Source of the DNA: Cyanophora paradoxa CCMP329
Lineage: Eukaryota > Plantae > Glaucophyta
Assembly (NCBI GenBank): GCA_004431415.1
Contig: QPMI01000133.1
Coordinates: 257,848 to 321,847, forward strand
DNA: 64,000 bases
Reading direction: 5' to 3'
The notes beneath the pieces are model-generated. The model made no database searches and was not told the origin of the DNA. It saw only the letters and a program-made list of their open reading frames with translations. Made by a program: the position numbers and the translations under genes. Below, piece after piece: positions 1 through 10,790 of the stretch (positions within the stretch are counted from its first letter, which is position 1; every line of letters starts with the position of its first letter).

Positions 1-74
1 TTCGCCACCTTGGGCGCTCGCTTGAGGAAATGCTCGCGAGGCTCTCCGGTCGGAGCCGCCCACCCGCGCTCGCT

Positions 75-3000
75 ATGGCTGCCGGGTGCACCAGATCTCT
101 TCTTTCGATACGTTTTCGGTTCTTACGCGTTTCCCTTGCAGCGCTCATGCCGCGCACGATCTGCCCGGCGGCAAGAAGCCAATTGATCCGATGTACAAGC
201 TGCTCTCGCTCGGCGGCATGTTCTTCCTGATCCTGTTTAAGTGCGACTCCCGATCGTTCTGAGCTAGTTCGCTATTCCGACTCGTTCCGGTTCGAATTCG
301 CGCAGTTACACGGTGCTCCGTAGCCGGCGCCGGGCGCTAGCGCTCGCCTCCGGCGCCCGGGCTCACGGGCCCCGCCGCAGATCCTTCGCGACACGAAGGA
401 CGTATTGCTGGTCACCGGTGCGGAGATCGTCTTGAATCTCTGCTGCAACCGAGGAGGACGCGCCTCGCTGACCGGCGCATCCGGCCGCAGCGCCTGGTTC
501 GGGAGCCGAGGCCATTCCTTTCATCAAAACCTACGTGCGCATGCCTCGGCGGTCGCCCCGGCGCGAGCCGCCGGACTCGGAGCGAGCGTTCCCGCGTTCG
601 CCGCGCCCAAATCCCCGCTAACCCGCGGCACCGGCGCCCCCCCGTTCCTTCCCCGCCCGCAGGTCTGCGTCCCCTCGTCGATCCTCTTCGGTGCGTACGC
701 GTACCCATCCAGCCCGCGTCCCGCGCCGCTCTCAGCCCCAGCTCACGCACGCGCCCGTAACCAGCGATCTTCTACTCTGCGATGTCGAACAAGCTCAGCC
801 GGGAGCAGCTGTTCTACGGTACCCCGGTTCCCTCATGGGGGGGGTACAAGGTTGAGCCCCCCTGACCCGCCGACCTCGACCGGGTACCGCAGCGTCGATC
901 GCGCCGTTCCTCTTCTTCTTCGCGACGTTCTCGACGGTCCTGTACCCCAACCGCGCCTGGCTGCACCCCAACGCCCTCGCAGACGTCCTCCAGGTCCGTA
1001 CCCCCGAGCCTCTTCCCCCCCCCCCTCTCTTCTTTCGCGAACGCCCGCGCAGGCCGCGCTGCCGGCCGGCTTTAAGGGCCCAATCGCCCTCTTCCGCAAC
1101 TGGACCTTCAGTGCGCACGCGTACCCGGCCCCGACCTCGCTTTCCTTTGCGCGTACCCCCTACCCGCTGAATCTCGTACCCCGCAGCGCTCTTCTACGCG
1201 CTGGCGGAGCTCTGGGGCTCGGTCGTGGTATCCCTCCTCTTCTGGGGCTTCGCGAACGAAGTCACGACGGGTACCCCCGGACTCTGATCTGCGCGCGTAC
1301 CCTCCTCCTCCTTCCACTTACCGCTTTCGCCCGCAGTGGACGAGGCGAAGAAGTACTACCCCCTGTTCGGCCTCGGTGCGCCCTCCTGCCCCCTACCCCC
1401 CTCTCCGCATCCGTCCCCCCGCCCACTCTCGCGCAGGCGCGAACGTGGCGCTCATCTTCTCGGGGCGAGTCGTGAAGTACCTGTCGAATCTGCGCATGCG
1501 CATGCCGGCCGGCGTCGACAAGTGGGGCCTCTCCCTCAACTGTGCCCGCCGCTCGCTTGCTCCCTTGCTAGCTTGCTTTGATGCGACCCCGAGCTAATTG
1601 CCCCGACCAGATTTGATGACAGTGCTTGTGGCCGGGACCCTGGGCATCATCGGCATCTTCGCGTTCCTGAACCGCGTCGTGGTTCGAGCTCGAATCCCCG
1701 CGGGGCCCCTTTCGATCTGAGATCTGCCCGCTGCGGCGGCACAGGACAAGGGCGCGGCGCGCGCGCACGGGGCCGCCGCCGCCGAGGGCGGGGGTGAGAA
1801 GAAGAAGGGCAAGCTCAAGATGGGACTCAAGGAGTCCGTCCAGTGCGCCGCCCCTCCTTTCCACCCCTTCCCCCCTACCCCCCTTCTCCCGCGCTCACTG
1901 TACCCCCCCCCAGGTACCTGGCGGGCTCGCCGTACATCCGGAACCTGATGCTGCTCGTCATCTGCTACGGAATGAGCATCAACCTCGTGGAGGGTGCGCG
2001 GGGGGGCGGGCGGGCGGGGCGGGCGGGGCGGGCGGGGCCTGGGGGGCTCTAGATATCGATCGGATCAGATGGATGAGATCGTATCGGATCAGAGAGGGGC
2101 GCACCGCGCGATCCCCCTTCCTTCCTCTTTCGCCGCGCCGTCTGACCCGGGCCGGCGGGGCCGGGCCGGGGGCGCAGTGACCTGGAAGGGCAAGCTCAAG
2201 GAGCAGGCGAGCCCCCCACCCCCCTCGAGCCCCCAAATCTGGAGCTGACCCACAAAACCACAGTTCCCGGACCCGAACGCCTACTCCTCCTTCATGGGCG
2301 ACTGTGCGTACCCCCCTCGAGGCTGCAGATGGCTAGGGCAGGCTAGGCTGCAGACGCCCGCCCGCTTCTGGCCTCCGACTGGCCCCCCCCTCACTCCAAC
2401 CCCCGCGCAGTCTCGACGGCGACGGGGGCGGCGACTTTCGCGATGATGATCCTGGGCCGCCTCATCTTCACCAAGTTCGGATGGGGCGCCGCAGCCCTCG
2501 TCACCCCCTCCGTCCTGTGCGCGCCCCCGCCGCCCTCTCCCACGCCTCCGCCCCGCCCATATCCTAGGGGAGAGGGGAGGAGCTGCGCGCGGGCCGGGGC
2601 CGGGGCTCCGGCAGCTAATCGTGCCCAGCTAGCTTCCCACGCCCCCCCCCTCCCCGCCAAGCTCCGCTGACGGGGGCGGCTCGGGCCGGGCCGGGGGCAG
2701 GTGCGCGACGGGCCTGCTCTTCTTCGCCCTTGTCGTCTTCGGGCCCCAGGTGCGCACCAGGGCGAGGGGTACGGGGTCAGGTTAGGTCAGGGTTCGGAGG
2801 GAGGGCCGGGGGTTAGATAGGGGCGGGGCCGGGGGAGAAGCCCCATGTCCGCAGGCGCCATTGAGCCCTCGAGCCCTCGAGCCCGGCCCCTCCCCTCCCT
2901 CCTCCTCCTTCCCCTCCCCTGCGGGCCCCTCCCCTCCCTCCCTCCTGAGCCGACCTCCTCCCCTCCCCTCCCCCGAATCCCCGCCCCTTAGCCTGCCCCC

Positions 3001-4796
3001 TCCCCTCCCTCCCTCCCTCCCCCTTCCCTCCTGATCCCCGCGTGCAGCTGGCGCCGCTGACGACGGCGGCGTTCGGGGTCACGCCCCTCTTCCTGGCCGT
3101 CCTCGCCGGCGCGGCCCAGAATGTCCTCTCCAAGTCCTCCAAGGTGCGAACGAAGGGTCTTTAGTCCCTCCCCCCGTGGATCTTTAGTCCCCCCCCCGGA
3201 ACCCCACTCCTTCCCCTTCCCCCCCACCCCCCCCCCCCCCCCCCTCCTGACCCTCCTCTCCTGCAGTACTCGCTGTTCGACCCGTGCAAGGGATGGCCTA
3301 CATCCCCTCGACCCGAGGCCGTGCGCCTCCTCCCCTCCCCCCTCCCCCCCTCCCCCTCCCCTCGGGGGAACCGACCAGGCCACGCTCTCCGGGACGGCTA
3401 GCTAGAGGGAACACCGCCCGCCCGTCCCGGCGGGCACGCCTAGTGCTCTCCCCTGCCCCTGCCCCTTCACCTTAGAACCTCGACCCCGGCCCGGGGCCGT
3501 GCTTGCGCCCCCCTACCAACCCCCTCCCCCCTCCTGAGCTCGCGCCGGTGCGCCCTCGCGCAGCGTCTGAAGGGGAAGGCGGCGATCGACGTGATCGGGA
3601 ACCCGCTCGGCAAGTCCGGCGGCGCCCTCGTGCAGCAGGTACGAGGCGCCGGGGGCCTTTAGTTTACATTACACAGGCCTTAACATAAGATTAGAGAGTT
3701 ATATTAAGCCTTCTTCATAGAGGGGCGCCGCCCTCGTCCAGCAGGTCAGTCGGGAGGCGCCAGCTGCAGCTAGAGGCCTTTACACAGAGGCTTAAGCTTC
3801 TCTGTACTTGTAGAAGAGTGTATAGAATCCTTCGCATAAGATTAGAGAATCGTGTAGATCTAGAGGCTTCTTCATAGGTGGGCACCCTCTTCCAGCAGGT
3901 CCGCTCGGTCCGGGTCGAGGGCCTTTGCACAGGGGCTCCTTAAGCTTTGTAGAAAATTACCGGCCTAGGTCGGTCGCGATCGCGAGCTTGAACCCGCGCT
4001 GACTCCCTCCCGCCCCCCTCCCCAGGCTCTCATCTTCGGGATGGGCTCCCTCGCCGCCTCCACGGTGCGCCACCCCCCGCGCAGCTGAGCTCAGCTCAGC
4101 GCGGTACCCCCCTGAGCGCGGGGCGGGCAGCCGGTGCTGGCGCTGGCGCTGGGGGCGACGAGCGCGGCGTGGATCTTCGCCGCCCGCTCCCTCGCCATCG
4201 ACTTCAACAAGAAGGTCCGACTTCGTCACTGGCCACGGGCCCCGCCGCCCCGCGCCGGGCCGGGCTACGCTGATCTAATCGCAAACGTCGTCTTTGGGGC
4301 GGCTCGGCTGGCTGCTGGGGAATCCTTTTGGCTTCTAGAGCTAGGCTAGGCTATGCCGGGCTGGGTTGGGCTCAGATCTGATCCGTCTGACGGCGCGCGC
4401 CCCGGGCCCCCCGCGATCGCGCGCCCCGCAGGAGACGGACATGCGCAAGCGCGCCGTGGCCGCCGAGCAGCAGCGCGATCGCGACGAGCGGTGCGCGCTC
4501 TGATCTGATCTGATCTGATTCCCTTTAATTTTCTGAATTCACACGTGTTCTGATCGCGGGCGCTGCGCCGCAGGGGGCCCGAGGGTCCCGCCGGCGGCCC
4601 CGCCCCGCCCGCGCCGGCGCCGGCGCCGGCGCCGCAGTCGACGTCGGCGGTACCCCCCCGGGTGGCGGCGGCCGGGGAGGCCCTCAGCACGAACGGGGTA
4701 CTGGAATCGCCGCTGGGGGGCGGCGCGAACGCCCCCAGCAGGAACGGAAAGACCCTCAAGGAGGGCGAGAGCCCCATGCCGCCCCTCAAGGCCTGA
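75..4796 (+). CDS. NTT: ATP/ADP translocase (TLC/NTT family), multi-exon
   Basis: Manually spliced exons give diagnostic NTT motifs: [129 protein letters not shown]. Start is ATG 75 (or in-frame ATG 30); stop TGA 4794-4796. Small indels near 3290-3315 are probably sequencing errors. Confidence 0.95.
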
Positions 4797-5848
4797 TTTG
4801 CGGGTTCGAATCCGGGCGGGCGGGCTCTGTACAGTCAAATTGCGTAGAGTGTACAGAGAGGGCAGCTTCCTTTCAGCGTGTGTGTGCAGAGCGTCGTGAT
4901 TTCAGTTTCTCCGTCTATCAGTTTCTCAGTCCGTCAGTTTCTCGGTATCTTTCACGTGCACATTGTGACAGTGTTAGCGTTAGGGCCCTTGTGATCAGCT
5001 GCAGAAGCGGCCGCCTCGTAGTTTCAGATCTAGGGGCGGAGATCCTTCGAAACACTCGATTTCGGCTCGAGCCCGGGACCTGAACAACTTTCAAATGGCG
5101 AGGCTTATCGGTCCGCGGAAATTGCGATTGCGAAGTATCGTTTAATTTCAAGTCTGCGAGTCGCAGACTCGCAGTTAGACTTCAACTCAGCGACTGCAGC
5201 AGGGCCTGCAGCTGCAGCTCATGATCAGGTCGGGGCTTCAGAAAAACTTGCTGCTAGCGATACATTGTCTCCCAGGCTTCGAATTCAATATTTCAATTGC
5301 AACAACCGATCGATCACCTTGTACATGCATATGTGCCGCCCCCGCGGCCGCGGCCACATATCGATATCCATGCATATATATGCATGCGTCGTGCGCATGC
5401 TTGCAATTGAATTCGAAGCCTGGGGCGCCGAGGCCCTGAGGCTTGAGCTTGTCTTGGACTCGCGATCGAGGGCCTGATCACTGAGTCAAATCGAAGAGCC
5501 AAATTATGATAGACTAGGGGCCCGGCCGCGTTTGGCGCGCCGGGGGTGCAAGGGGGGAACCGGGATCTAATGAAAGAGTCGTAGTGGCACGGACATGCAC
5601 GGGGCAGATCTAGATCGACCCCGGCCCAGCGCGCGCGGCAGGTTGAAGTGTAAAGGTACACACAGAGTATATATGATTGAAAAAAATAGAAAAGGCCCAT
5701 TAAGCAGATGGTGCGATCAAACGGAATAAAGAAAAGCCTGAATGAAAGGCCAGATTCAGCGCACTGTATATGAAAGATTGTTCTGGAGTGAAAAAACGCT
5801 GCGTATCAACTGTGTTCGCACGGCCTACTGCTAACCCTGAACAGCTGG

Positions 5849-6470
5849 CTAAAAGATGATGGTGCTGTCTGCAGAGGGCTCGCCGTAAACATAGGCGATC
5901 CAGGCCTTCTGGAGGGGGTCGGGGCGGAAGTCGAACATGGGGGTGAGCGGCAGCCAGCGGCGCCGGTCGTGAAGAGAGCCGTCCTGCGAGAGCATGGTGA
6001 GGCGGCCCGCCGCCTCGAGCGCCCGCAGAGCCACGCGGCTGGCGCGCTGCTCGCTCCCGCCGCGCATCTGGTAGACAAGGTCTTGAATTTCGATATCCGC
6101 GAGGCCGGCGTCACGGAGGCGCTTGAGGACTTCCATGTGGAGGTCCTCGATCGCAGGCCTGCCGTGGCAATCATGAGCAGAGGTCAGCTATGGGCGGTCC
6201 ACTTGAATGAATTCTCGCGCACCCGACAAAGCGAACGACGAAGCGATGCTGCCGCGCAGCCGCGAGTGCTTCGACGGTCGCTAAAGCGAAGGCGACGGCT
6301 TGCTCGCGCGTGGGGGGGAAGCCAGGGCGGTCGGGGAGCTCGCGGACGAGGACGAGCAGCGGCGTCTCAGCCGCTCCGAGCACGGACACGAGACCGCCGA
6401 CGTCGGGGGCCGCTCCAGACGGCCAGGTGGACGCGGCGTGCCGGCCGCGGTATCCGTCCGGCGGGAGCAC
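5849..6470 (-). CDS. Hypothetical protein, 3' exons only (5' end unresolved, possibly disrupted by the adjacent CACTA element)
   Basis: Two coding-like segments (...LLVLVRELPDRPGFPPTREQAVAFALATVEAL... and ...MEVLKRLRDAGLADIEIQDLVYQ...STIIF*) are separated by a plausible GTGCGC..CAG intron. No family recognised. Confidence 0.4.
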
Positions 6471-7013
6471 ACACGCGACGGCGCCCGCACAAAGCCGGCC
6501 GCGCGCGAGGCCGAGCCAGGAGGCGGCCGCGCGCGAGGCCGAGCCAGGAGGCCAATTTCAAGTTTGTAAAAAGTCGCGAAACCAGCTCACTTGGACACAC
6601 AAACGCGCGCTTCACGGATCGCCAACTGAAGCTTAAGGCTGGGCACGCATTGCTGTGTTCGAACTCCCCTGCGTGGCGGTGAATACGTGCGTTAGCTGCT
6701 GCGTTTTTGCGAGCGTGCGCGCGGCTCGATGGAAACTGCACGAACTCGAGCGCTGCGACCGTGTTGCCGGACATGAGCAGATGTGTTCACGGGCTCCGTC
6801 CGGACAATGTAAACAAATGCCGCCCGTGCACGACGATGAGAGCGTGCAGTGCGACGGCAGGAAATCTCGCCCGAGGACAAGCTTAAGGTCCAATGCAGCT
6901 GTCCGTCCCATCTCGTCTGAAATTCGCCAAGGGAAGGTCTTTCCCTGAGCTACTACTGATCATGAATTCGAATAAGGGAACTGCCGGTTGTTGCAAACAC
7001 TGCTGAAGCTTAA

Positions 7014-8319
7014 CACTAGTAAAAGGGGGGTAGCAACTGACCTAAAAGCGGGCTAAAACCGGGCTAAAGTCGGGCTAACATAAGGTCGGACGTAATGCTC
7101 GGGTTAGATCGGACCTAAAACGGATTGGGTCGGACCTAATAGAGGCGCAGGCAGACTCCGGGATCTTAGCTTAGCTCCGGGATATGATCGGTCGGACCTC
7201 CGCCATATATAAATCGGTGATTGAATTCTGTTCATGATCAAAGGTTCTGTTACAGTGTACACATGCACTAGTACTGAAATATCTGAAACCACGCGAACTA
7301 CTGCTGAACTGAGAGCTACTGTACATCGGTTTCATGAATGAAAGGTCTGAAAGTTGAAAACTTGAAAGTACGTGCCGCCGGCGCCGCGCGCCCGGCGGCC
7401 GCCAGTGGCCCGCCACCCGCCCCGCCGCCCCGAGTTCGCGCTGCCGCCCGCCGCCCGCGCCACCGCCGCTGCTGCTCGCCGTCCGCTGCCCGGCGCCGCC
7501 TCCCGCCGTCCGCCGCCGCGCCGCCGTCCGCTGCCCGGCGCCGCCTCCCGCTGCCCGCTGCCCGCTGTCCGCTCGCCCGCGCTGCAGCGCGCGCCACCGC
7601 GCGCCGGCGCCGGCTACATACAAAGCGTCGCGACGACGCGATCGCCCTCCGCGTCAAGGCGGCAGGGGGGGCAGTCAAGGCGCTCCGCCCGATCCACTGG
7701 CCCCGCGCACCGTGGCACGAGTGGAAGTTGTATGCACTTCACATCTGATATCGATATTTTTCTATATTTCCCCAAACTGACGCCTTCTCTCCCAGATGCC
7801 GCCAACTCCCCCGCACCGCCGCCGCGGCAGCTGAAGTCGTCCACGGCACGAGGCGTCGGCTCGCTGCTGCGAGTCCTGTACTACGGTATTTTAACCTGTA
7901 CTTTTGCGTACGCTCACGTTCTTTAGTGTAGCGTACATGTACCTTACCTTGCCCAAACCCATGTGCAGCTGGGCAGCAGTGCAGTACTTTTCAATAGGCT
8001 GGTGTACAGTACCAGAAATTGCTTCCCAGCAATATATTGCGTGCGTTTCATCGCATGTATATCGAGCGCGGCGGGGGCGGGCGGGCGGGCGATCGGGCGG
8101 CCGGTCATTGGTCGGGGCTATATTCGATATATATATAGATGTATTCTTATAGCCCGCTTTTAGCCCGCTTATTGGTCCGACTTATTTTTATAGCCCGGTT
8201 TTAGCTCCACTGCAATCTTTTTAAGGTCGGTTATAGCCCGGGTTTACGTCGCAGCCGACCTACTTTTAGTTCGGTTTTAGCCCGCTTTTAGGTCAGTTGC
8301 TACCCCCCTTTTACTAGTG
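7014..8319. mobile_element. Non-autonomous CACTA/EnSpm element (1306 bp)
   Basis: Perfect 48-bp TIRs beginning CACTAGTAAAAGGGGGGTAGCAACTGACC, a 3-bp TSD TAA (7011-7013 and 8320-8322), and repeated subterminal GGGCTAAA/TTTAGCCC motifs. No transposase ORF. Confidence 0.93.
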
Positions 8320-8600
8320 TAAGCTGCAGTGCAGCCAGCTGGCCTGTTAGCTGGATCCGTAACGACCGGAAAGCGGCGTGCAGCGGCGCGTCCGGAGGCA
8401 ATGCCCAGGCCGGCCGCGGGTGACAGGCGGCGGGGGCGCACGCACGTGCACGCGGCGCAACACAGGGCGCACGCGGGGTGCCGAATGAGCGGACAGCACA
8501 CTAGCTAGCGCTAGTCTGCTGTCCGGGTGCCGATCGCAACAAGAGCGCCGAGCGCCCGGCCCGGCCGGCGTGCTCGGCCGGCACACGCGGTTCTGCAATA

Positions 8601-10504
8601 TAAGCTCGATATACTAAGTTATAAGTTATTACTTATGACGCAAGCGCACACACGTAAAAAAACACGAGTAGTACGCAACAGCCGAGCCAAAACGCGACGG
8701 AGCCCCTATTCAAACTCCCGACCTCATACTCAATTGGCACTTTGAGTACGGACCAGTAGTAGAAGACCGCTGTCGCCGCCTGGCGGCGACTGCCAGTGGG
8801 CTGCCATGTGAACGCGCACCGCACGCGCGTGACTGCGCATGCGTTGGCCAACGCACTTGACTTAAGCTTGCGCTGGCAGCCTGGCACCGTGGCACTGCCA
8901 GGCTGGGCTGGCAGAGGCTGGCACAACGTTAACCAGCCAGCCTGGCAGCATGCCAGCTGCAGGCTGCGCAGCTGCCTAGCCCGGCCACGGAAGGCCGCAC
9001 AGCGGCCCGTAGTAGGCGGCTGTAGCCTGTAGCTATAGAGGCCCCGTACTAGCCTAGTATACGTACCAGTAGGCTGGCAGTAGCGTACTACGGTACTACG
9101 GAGTCTACGGAGACTACGGTACGCAACGGAGCCCCTATTCAAACTCCCGACCTCATACTCAATTGGCACTTTGAGTTCGGACCAGTAGTAAAACACCGCT
9201 GTCACCGCCTGGCAGCGCCTGCCAGTGGGCTGCCACGTGAACGCGCATGCGCAGCGCATGCGCAGCTGATCATGAGCAGTGAGCGCACGCATGCCCACAC
9301 TGTGCACGTGACAACCGGCCGGCGGGCCGGCGGCGGCCGCACAGCCGGCGCCCACGCGCGCCCGCCGCCCAGCCGGCGCGCTGGCACCGGGCGACGCGGC
9401 CGCGCGCGCCGGCAGCGGCGCCGCCCGGGCGCCGGCGCTGGCCAGCTGGCGGCTGGCCATGGCCAGCTGAATCCGTCCGATCGGTCGTTGCCAAGTTGAA
9501 ATCGATCGCGACGCGATGCGGTACGAATCGGTCCAATATCCCGATGACGTTCATTGTTATCATCGGAAGTTGCTCCCGGAGTCCGGTACCAGGTACCGGC
9601 CAGTGGTGTCACACTGTCACTGGTGTGCACGTGCACGGAAAGTCCTAGTGGCGGACAGTGCCGGACACTGGCGGTCACTGGTGGATAACCGAAAGTAACG
9701 GAAGCTGGCGGATAACGTTAACGGAAAGTAACGGAAAGTAACGGAAACGCGCACCGGAGTAATTACTGGTATAAGCTGTAGCCTGTAGGCTGTACTACGG
9801 TAGCCTGTAGGCTGCAGCTGCATTCATGCATGCAGGCGTACTACCGCGGGCGTAGTACGGGCTGTACAGCAGCTACAGCTTGCAGCTGTCGTTGGCTGAA
9901 CAACCGCGTACACACATGTACAGGCACCGGACCTTCTAGATCTGTGCACGTGAACGGACTGCGCATGCTGCTAGTAATCTAGTTTTCGAGCGAATTCGAA
10001 GCGCCCGATTCCCTGAATTCTAAGTAGCGCGGTGTAGCAATTTGAAGACGATGCTGATCCGATGATCATGAGCCCTAGGATCGTGCACGTGATTATTCTT
10101 TTGCCACGAGAGTGTCTAGATCTGGCAGACTGCCACGATAGTGACGATATATATCGATGACGAGGCCGGCGCCGGCGCCCAACATGTGCACGTGCAGTTA
10201 TTAATTATATTCATGCTCCGCTGAGAGCGCATGCGCAAATTAAAGCACCGTGGCACCTGCCCACCAGAGACAGCAGTGCGAATTTCGCGATTACAATTCA
10301 TGATGCCGCGGCGCGATTCACGTTCACACAAAGACTTCACACACAGAGACTAGCCGCTGAGCTATAGCACTGGAGAAGCCCTGCGATTCACGTACGCGTT
10401 CGCGAAATTGCGAGATTTGCGATTCATTGATATTGCAGATTATACAAGTTCAATAAATGGGGGGGTGCGGGGGGGCTTGCCCCCCTGCTTGTAAGCTCGA
10501 TATA
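8601..10504 (+). mobile_element. Putative TIR-less element with 3' GC hairpin, flanked by a 13-bp direct repeat
   Basis: TAAGCTCGATATA occurs at 8601-8613 and 10492-10504. GGGTGCGGGGGGGCTTGCCCCCCTGC (hairpin) lies immediately before the right copy. The same architecture is seen at 50389-50879. Confidence 0.55.
8692..9247. repeat. ~127-bp direct repeat pair (8692-8818, 9121-9247)
   Basis: ACGGAGCCCCTATTCAAACTCCCGACCTCATACTCAATTGGCACTTTGAGT... occurs twice, 429 bp apart, with few substitutions. Confidence 0.9.
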
Positions 10505-10599
10505 AGCGCAGCAAGAGAGTACGGTCTAGATCTGGCCGGCCGGGCGTGCTCGGCTGCGATCAGCTGCAGCGGCGCAGGCAGCAACGCAAGCAGTTTGCA

Positions 10600-10790
10600 G
10601 GCGGAAATCTAGAGGAGACGTTGACAGGTAGAGAGAAGTGGTTCCATGCAGAACCGCGCAACGAAGAGTAAGGCGTACGCGACGCACTGCGAGGAAGCCG
10701 AAATCTAGAGGAGACAGCTAGCGCTAGGGAGAACTGGTTCCATACAGAACCGCGCAAGGAATTCGAAGACCGGCGTGAGAGAGAAGTTGG
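10600..10790. repeat. Degenerate ~96-bp tandem duplication
   Basis: GAAATCTAGAGGAGAC...TGGTTCCAT(G/A)CAGAACCGCGCAA occurs twice. Confidence 0.75.

Noticed and set aside
3265-3320. Apparent loss of the conserved KEMAYIPLD motif in NTT
   Set aside because: Restored by single-base insertions, and it lies between long poly-C tracts where sequencing errors are expected.
4800-4820. GGTTCGAATCC T-loop/B-box-like motif (similar at ~49840 and ~52605)
   Set aside because: No surrounding cloverleaf; not a tRNA.
8692-8818. Possible 5S rRNA-derived repeat
   Set aside because: Only scattered short matches; the conserved 5S helices could not be formed.
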